64,000 nt of DNA from an uncultured Pseudomonadales bacterium. GTDB lineage: Bacteria; Patescibacteriota; Microgenomatia; UBA1400; UBA1396. Position numbers and translations under genes: made by a program. The stretch spans positions 14,695 to 78,694 of the forward strand of contig CAYUUK010000004.1 of NCBI GenBank assembly GCA_964447905.1. The letters run 5' to 3'. Of the stretch, positions 58,676-64,000 are shown one piece after another. The notes beneath the pieces were generated by a model. It was not told where the DNA came from, made no database searches, and saw nothing but the letters and a program-made list of their open reading frames with translations. Within the stretch, counting starts at the first letter, position 1, and every line of letters begins with the position of its first letter.

Positions 58676-58710
58676 ATGGGGCGCGAGGCAACAGCCACGC
58701 GCCCCATTTT
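58676..58710 (+). terminator. Terminator-like hairpin after rpsO
   Basis: ATGGGGCGCG-AGGCAACAGCCA-CGCGCCCCATTTT. Confidence 0.7.
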
Positions 58711-58890
58711 CGAAACACGTATCCGTAGTTTCGTTTCACCTCTTGAACAAGTACAGAAAAATATCGAGGTGCGGGAGAGAGTTGGTGTTTTCACCTGTGC
58801 CGGGTAAGCGTTTTGTGGCAGGACAAAACAATCATTTTCCCGGTAGATGCGAAAACTTCTCTATCTCCCTCTCCTCAAAGAAAGGAGAGT

Positions 58891-61143
58891 ATGAGTATTC
58901 ATACCCAAACTATTCGAGTTGGCAATAAGGATATCCAACTCACAGTCGGAAGATTTTCCGAACAAGCAGATGCTGCCGTTTTGGCGCAGTGTGGTTCTAC
59001 GGTGGTGCACGCCACGGTAGCAGTCGGCCGCGAATCCGGTCTCGACTTTTTCCCACTCACCGTTGAGTATCAGGAAAACCTCTACGCCGGTGGCCGTATT
59101 AAAGGGAGCCGCTGGGTAAAACGAGCCGGTCGTCCTTCTGATGACGCCATTTTGTCTGCTCGCGTGATTGATCGCTCGATCCGTCCGTTGTTCCCAGATG
59201 GCATGCGTCGCGAAGTGCAGGTGGTGGTTTCTGTCATGTCAGTTGATCACGAAAACAATCCTGACACCTTAGCCATGATTGCCTCGATGGCGGCTTTGGA
59301 AATTTCTTCCATTCCGTTTGCTGGTCCAGTATCTGGTGTGCGCATTGGCTACAACCCTGATGCTGACAGTTTTGTTTTCAACCCCACTTACGAAGAGCAG
59401 TCTTCCTCCGTACTGGACTTGATCTTGGCTGGTACCAAAGACGCGATTGTGATGGTCGAGGCTGGCGCGATTGAAGTCGACGAAGAAACGATGGTCCGTG
59501 CTTTTGAGGCCGGTTCCCAGGTGCTGGCTGACATTTCTGTGGAACTGAGCAAATTGCGTGATGCTGTCGGTAAAGAGAAGTTCGCCTTCGAAAGTCCAGA
59601 GCTCGACTCTGCTCTTGTCAAAGAGTTGAGTGAACAGTTCCATGACCAGATTCATGAATCCGTAGTCGAAAAAGCGCATTTGCGTAAAAACACCATTATC
59701 AAAGACATTATTGCTTCTCTTCGTGAAGAGCGTGAAGAATTGGTTGACTCTGCACTTGAAGATATTTTCCACTTACTGGAAAAGAAAGAAGCCCGTCGCA
59801 TGATTCTGGAAGACGGTGAGCGTCCAGACGGTCGTACCACCGAACAAGTGCGTCAAATCACTTCTGAAGTTGGTGTGTTGCCAATGGTGCATGGTTCAGG
59901 TCTCTTCAAACGCGGTGCTACGCAAGTGCTCTCTGTGGCTACACTTGGTTCCCCAGCTTTGGCCCAACTCATTGAAGACATGGAAGGTGAAGAAGAGCGT
60001 CGCTACATTCACCACTACAACATGCCCCCGTTTGCCTCTGGTGAAACCGGTCGTATTGGTTCTCCGAAGCGTCGGGAAATTGGTCACGGTGCCTTGGCCG
60101 AGCGCGCCCTCTTGCCAGTGATCCCATCTCAGGAAGAGTTTCCATATACCATTCATGTGGTCTCAGAAGTGATGAGCTCGAACGGTTCTACTTCTCAGGC
60201 TTCTGTCTGTGGAAGCACCTTGGCTCTCATGGACTCCGGTGTGCCGATCCGCAAACCAGTCTCTGGTATTGCCATGGGTCTCATGAAGGAAGGCGATAAC
60301 ACTGTTGTCCTCACCGACATCCAGGGTCTCGAAGACCACGTGGGTGACATGGACTTCAAGGTAGCCGGAACCCGCGATGGTATCACGGCGTTGCAGATGG
60401 ACATTAAGATTTCTGGTATCACTCTCGAGATTTTGCGCACTGCTTTGGCTCAAGCCAAGGTGGCTCGTATGCACATTATGGACGTGATGATGGAAGCGAT
60501 TTCCGAACCTCGCGCTGATGTGGCCGAGAACGCGCCTAAGATCGAGTCTGTCCAGATTCCAGTCGACAAGATTGGTACCGTTATCGGTCCTGGTGGAAAA
60601 ATGATTAAGCAAATCCAAGAAGATCTTGATGTAGAAGTCAACATCGATGACAGCGGCATGGTGAGCATCGCCGGAATTGATCGCGAAAATATCACTAAAG
60701 CGGTGAAGTTCATTCAAGACCTGACTCTCGAGCTGTCCGAAGGCATGGAGTTCGACGGCACAGTCGCTCGTATTGAAGACTATGGTGCGTTTGTGGACCT
60801 CGTTCCCGGCAAGACTGGTTTAGTCCACGTTTCCGAGATGGGCACCGGCTTTGTTGACGATCCACGTAACGTGGTTGAGCTTAACGAAACCGTTCACGTC
60901 TGGGTCAAGCAGTTGGAAGGTGACCGTATTCGCTTGTCGATGGTCTCTCCAGAAGAATGGGACCAGAAATCCGACGACAACGACGGCGGTGAACGCCGCA
61001 GCCGCGGTGGAAACCGTGGCGGTGGACGCGACCGCGGTGGAAATCGTGGTGGTGGTCGTAATGACCTCCGAGGCGGCGGCCGTGATCGTGGTGGCGACAG
61101 TCGCGGCAGCAGCCGCGGCCGAGGCCCACGTCGCGACAGCTAA
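58891..61143 (+). CDS. pnp: Polyribonucleotide nucleotidyltransferase (PNPase) with RGG-rich tail
   Basis: [58 protein letters not shown] and S1 domains; SD AAGGAG before ATG 58891. Confidence 0.98.
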   Translation: MSIHTQTIRVGNKDIQLTVGRFSEQADAAVLAQCGSTVVHATVAVGRESGLDFFPLTVEYQENLYAGGRIKGSRWVKRAGRPSDDAILSARVIDRSIRPLFPDGMRREVQVVVSVMSVDHENNPDTLAMIASMAALEISSIPFAGPVSGVRIGYNPDADSFVFNPTYEEQSSSVLDLILAGTKDAIVMVEAGAIEVDEETMVRAFEAGSQVLADISVELSKLRDAVGKEKFAFESPELDSALVKELSEQFHDQIHESVVEKAHLRKNTIIKDIIASLREEREELVDSALEDIFHLLEKKEARRMILEDGERPDGRTTEQVRQITSEVGVLPMVHGSGLFKRGATQVLSVATLGSPALAQLIEDMEGEEERRYIHHYNMPPFASGETGRIGSPKRREIGHGALAERALLPVIPSQEEFPYTIHVVSEVMSSNGSTSQASVCGSTLALMDSGVPIRKPVSGIAMGLMKEGDNTVVLTDIQGLEDHVGDMDFKVAGTRDGITALQMDIKISGITLEILRTALAQAKVARMHIMDVMMEAISEPRADVAENAPKIESVQIPVDKIGTVIGPGGKMIKQIQEDLDVEVNIDDSGMVSIAGIDRENITKAVKFIQDLTLELSEGMEFDGTVARIEDYGAFVDLVPGKTGLVHVSEMGTGFVDDPRNVVELNETVHVWVKQLEGDRIRLSMVSPEEWDQKSDDNDGGERRSRGGNRGGGRDRGGNRGGGRNDLRGGGRDRGGDSRGSSRGRGPRRDS

Positions 61144-61161
61144 GCGCTGTTTACAACGAAG

Positions 61162-61199
61162 CCAAAAAAAAGAGCTGGGGAAACCTGGCTCTTTTTTGG
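61162..61199 (+). terminator. Intrinsic terminator after pnp
   Basis: CCAAAAAAAAGAGCTGGG-GAAA-CCTGGCTCTTTTTTGG. Confidence 0.85.
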
Positions 61200-61231
61200 T
61201 AGACTGAGGGAAAGAAAGTACAAGGCCAAAA

Positions 61232-61969
61232 ATGAATCAAGCAGGAAAGCAAGTTGAGAGATCAGGTTTTGTAGGAGCCGACGAAAAAATTCGTAGAACT
61301 GTTACATATGAAGGGAAAGAGGTTCCAGTGTACGCGAGAGAATGCCCTCGTAATGTAGCAAGGCTTCGTATGATAGCTGCTCTTTACGGAGATGCTGGAC
61401 TTCCTGTTGTTCCTGTTATTCCAGATAATAGTAATCCAGAATCATTTTGTACGCTCGATGTTACTGCCGATGGAAGTCGTGTATTTGGAAAAAGCACATT
61501 AGGTATTTTGACAATCGAGTCATTTGGAGCTCGGAAATGGAAACCAACAACGAGAGATACGAGCTTGGATGCTCGTTTTATTGAGGTGTACACAGAAGAG
61601 AGGGAAAAGATCCAATCCGAAGTTATTCGCAATATGGAACGCGCAAACTATTCTAATGTGCTTTTGCCAGTGGATGATTCTTTTGAGCTTCGTGTACAGC
61701 CAGATGGTAACTGGCAGCTTATTATTCTTGATATAGAGCAAGGCGGACAGCTTGATGATCCTGAGTTTTTGGAATATAACGAGGTTAAAAAAGCAATTGC
61801 CTTTCATTTTGGTATTCGACCGAGTGAGGTGGTGGACAAAGTGCAGGGCCTGACGGAACCAGAGAAAAAAGAGCTTATCGAAGCGATAAATAAAAAAAGT
61901 GCAGATGAATGTATCGAAATTTTAGAGGATATTCATGAAGACCTCTTAAAAATTCAGTCAAATACTTAG
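61232..61969 (+). CDS. Hypothetical protein (AT-rich ORFan-like)
   Basis: 245-aa ORF filling the gap between the pnp terminator and the next promoter; no secure motif. Confidence 0.65.
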   Translation: MNQAGKQVERSGFVGADEKIRRTVTYEGKEVPVYARECPRNVARLRMIAALYGDAGLPVVPVIPDNSNPESFCTLDVTADGSRVFGKSTLGILTIESFGARKWKPTTRDTSLDARFIEVYTEEREKIQSEVIRNMERANYSNVLLPVDDSFELRVQPDGNWQLIILDIEQGGQLDDPEFLEYNEVKKAIAFHFGIRPSEVVDKVQGLTEPEKKELIEAINKKSADECIEILEDIHEDLLKIQSNT

Positions 61970-62015
61970 TTTTTTTTCTCTATTTTTCTCCCTCTCTTTT
62001 TGCTACCATGAAGAC

Positions 62016-63125
62016 ATGCAAGAAGAGTCTGCCCAGATTCAGGCCACGACGGTGTCCGATCTCACTATTGATCCCCTCATTCAACAAGAGCTGAACGATT
62101 TGGCTGCCCGCATCAATGAGAAGGTTTTGCCAGAAGAGCTACGCTTTAAGATCGAGCGCATGCTCAAGCACTTGCGGCGCGCGGCGCACAGTAGTTCCTA
62201 CGCCGAAGAGTACGAGCGCACGGCCAAGTATATCGAGTGGGCGCTCGCTGTGCCCTGGCAAGAAAAAAGTGACGATATTCTCGATCTCGAACGAGCTAAA
62301 AAGGTCTTTGAAGAGCACCACTACGGCATGCAGGAGATTAAGGACCGCATTCTGGAGTACATGGCAATTTTGCAGTTTCAGAAGCAAAGTGTGGCGGCGG
62401 GGAAAGCAGACTCCGTACGGGCGCCTATCTTGTTATTGGTGGGTTTGGTTGGTACTGGTAAAACTACTTTTGCGTACTCGATTGCTGAGGCCATAGGTCG
62501 CGAAATAGTGCGTGTGCCGTTTGGTGGTATGGGTTCGGCTCGTGATTTGCGTGGGCAGTCGCGTTTGCACCTAGAGGCGGAGCCGGGTTTGGTGATTAAG
62601 GGATTAACGCAGGCCAAAACTCGCAACCCCGTAATGCTGCTCGATGAAATTGACCGTGTTTCCGAAGATGCGCGCATGGACATTATGGGTGTGTTGGTGG
62701 AGCTGTTGGACCCGAATCAGAACCATTCGTTCAGCGATCACTATCTCGATTTTCCTGTGGACTTATCTGAGGTTTTGTTTATCGCCACGGCCAACAACAC
62801 GCGTCACATCGCCACGGCTGTCTATGACCGTATGGAACACTTGACTATGCCGTCCTACACCGACGAAGAAAAAATCCACATTGCTCAACGCTACGTCATG
62901 CCGAAAATGCTCGCGGAAGCCGGTATGACCAAAGATACTATCGTGTTCTCGAATGACGTGTGGATGAACATGGTGCGGCCGCTTGGTTTTGACTCGGGTA
63001 TTCGTACCTTGGAGCGGACGCTTAAAGGTGTGGTGGCGAAATCTGCGCGCCTCATGCTGGAGCAAGGGTTGGACAAAGTAGTGATTACCGAAGAGAACGT
63101 GCGGTATTTCTTGCCGAGTTATTAA
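62016..63125 (+). CDS. Lon-like AAA+ ATPase lacking both the N domain and the protease domain
   Basis: VPW, EHHYGMQEIKDRILEY, GLVGTGKTT, NPVMLLDEID, LLDPNQN.SFSDHY, DLSEVLFIATAN and DRME; ends after the AAA lid. Confidence 0.88.
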   Translation: MQEESAQIQATTVSDLTIDPLIQQELNDLAARINEKVLPEELRFKIERMLKHLRRAAHSSSYAEEYERTAKYIEWALAVPWQEKSDDILDLERAKKVFEEHHYGMQEIKDRILEYMAILQFQKQSVAAGKADSVRAPILLLVGLVGTGKTTFAYSIAEAIGREIVRVPFGGMGSARDLRGQSRLHLEAEPGLVIKGLTQAKTRNPVMLLDEIDRVSEDARMDIMGVLVELLDPNQNHSFSDHYLDFPVDLSEVLFIATANNTRHIATAVYDRMEHLTMPSYTDEEKIHIAQRYVMPKMLAEAGMTKDTIVFSNDVWMNMVRPLGFDSGIRTLERTLKGVVAKSARLMLEQGLDKVVITEENVRYFLPSY

Positions 63126-63198
63126 TGTAATTACTACAGAAAACTAACAAAATACTCGTATAATATGGTACGCTTATGAAAATAGGCAGGAGATACTT

Positions 63199-63435
63199 AT
63201 GAAGATACTATACCAATTGGCCTATTATTTTCCTTGGAAGCGGCAAGCCGTTGTTGAAGGAGCCGTGAAAAAACTTGTAGTTGATCACAGCGAGTCACTG
63301 CGTAAATTGGAACTCTATGATAAAGGCGAAATTGAACCAACCAAAGATATGGTTAACTCCCGAAATTTGCAAGATTACGTACGAACAATATCAAGTAAAC
63401 GTGATCGCTGGCAATCTGGGTCCTGCTCATCGTGA
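63199..63435 (+). CDS. Small protein upstream of doc, putative antitoxin
   Basis: SD AGGAG and upstream TATAAT; KKLVVDHSESLRKLE helix; overlaps the Fic/Doc gene. Confidence 0.5.
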   Translation: MKILYQLAYYFPWKRQAVVEGAVKKLVVDHSESLRKLELYDKGEIEPTKDMVNSRNLQDYVRTISSKRDRWQSGSCSS

Positions 63436-63784
63436 GCCTCTTCCACCTTTTGAAAACAGATATCCAAATCGTTTAGAGTCTATTCTCGGGTCTGTCCGTA
63501 CGCGTTCAGAGACATTGCAGTATGACGTTGTTACAACAGCAACAGCGTATTATGTCACATTTGCCAAAAGCCAGGCATATCTCAATGGCAATAAACGTAT
63601 GTCTATTATTCTTGCTGGCGTGTTTTTAGCTTTCAATGGATACTATCTCAATAGTTTTGATAGCCTATTTGCTGATCTAACTTTAGTTATTTCCAGAACT
63701 TCTCAAGAAACACTTGAAGAAATTATTGAACTTGTGTGTCCCATTTTTGAAGATATTGTCGTAGTTGATTCTGTAGATTTGTAG
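63317..63784 (+). CDS. Fic/Doc family protein with His-to-Gln change in the Fic motif
   Basis: IWLTPE N-terminus, RLESILG and ATAYYVTFAKSQAYLNGNKRMS..FLAFNGY. Confidence 0.8.
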   Translation: MIKAKLNQPKIWLTPEICKITYEQYQVNVIAGNLGPAHREPLPPFENRYPNRLESILGSVRTRSETLQYDVVTTATAYYVTFAKSQAYLNGNKRMSIILAGVFLAFNGYYLNSFDSLFADLTLVISRTSQETLEEIIELVCPIFEDIVVVDSVDL

Positions 63785-63816
63785 GATTGACTGGATCTTT
63801 TTGTTACAATGCCTCT

Positions 63817-64000
63817 ATGTCTGATTCTAAAACCCAAAAACGACAACACCTTCTCCAAGAACTCGAATCAAATTATGAATCCCTTCCACTTGCTGAAAAG
63901 CCAGAGGACATGGTCATGGGTTTTGGGAACGTTGATTCCGATGTGATGTTCATTGGCGAAGCCCCAGGCAGAAACGAAGCCATTGAGCGCAAACCATTTG
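63817..64000 (+). CDS. Uracil-DNA glycosylase family 4 (3'-truncated by the window edge; absent from the ORF track)
   Basis: Translates as MSDSKTQ...VMGFGNVDSDVMFIGEAPGRNEAIERKPF with the GEAPG motif; TG-T-TACAAT 6 nt upstream. Confidence 0.88.
   Translation, partial: MSDSKTQKRQHLLQELESNYESLPLAEKPEDMVMGFGNVDSDVMFIGEAPGRNEAIERKPF

Noticed and set aside
61000-61130. GGTGG-rich repeats as a possible CRISPR or tandem array
   Set aside because: In-frame RGG coding repeats of PNPase, with no repeat-spacer structure
1-64000. Alternative genetic code (TGA = Gly, as in Gracilibacteria/Absconditabacteria)
   Set aside because: Conserved genes are full length under code 11 and several end at TGA

Overview
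A gene-dense chromosomal window read with the standard code (TGA = stop). The gene set points to a Patescibacteria/CPR bacterium, most likely Microgenomates-like (inference): short IF2, short HrcA, zinc-finger-less DnaJ, degenerate DHH protein after infB, AAA-only Lon paralogue and many GT-C enzymes. Housekeeping genes include hrcA-grpE-dnaK-dnaJ, nusA-infB, recA, ftsK, pyk, tpiA, truB, two UvrD-family helicases, tsaD plus a tsaC-tsaE fusion, lon, rny, hup, a CAT-anticodon tRNA and rpsO-pnp. There is also a large cell-surface glycosylation complement (6 GT-C, 4 GT2, 2 GT4, a flippase, LCP, FemABX, a prenyl synthase and a GH39). I saw no CRISPR array, rRNA, IS element or prophage. The most notable signals are: (1) an RHH DNA-binding domain fused to a nucleotidyltransferase with a degenerate catalytic motif, with a candidate operator over its promoter; (2) an 86-bp nested palindrome with a 42-bp loop-less core beside the tRNA; (3) a CIRCE over the lon promoter plus an AAA-only Lon with an altered pore loop; (4) an orphan histidine kinase frameshifted in a G7 tract; (5) a Doc/Fic protein lacking the catalytic His; (6) widespread leaderless-type promoters, which reveal a small tail-anchored protein gene. 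All calls come from visual motif recognition; no searches were run.
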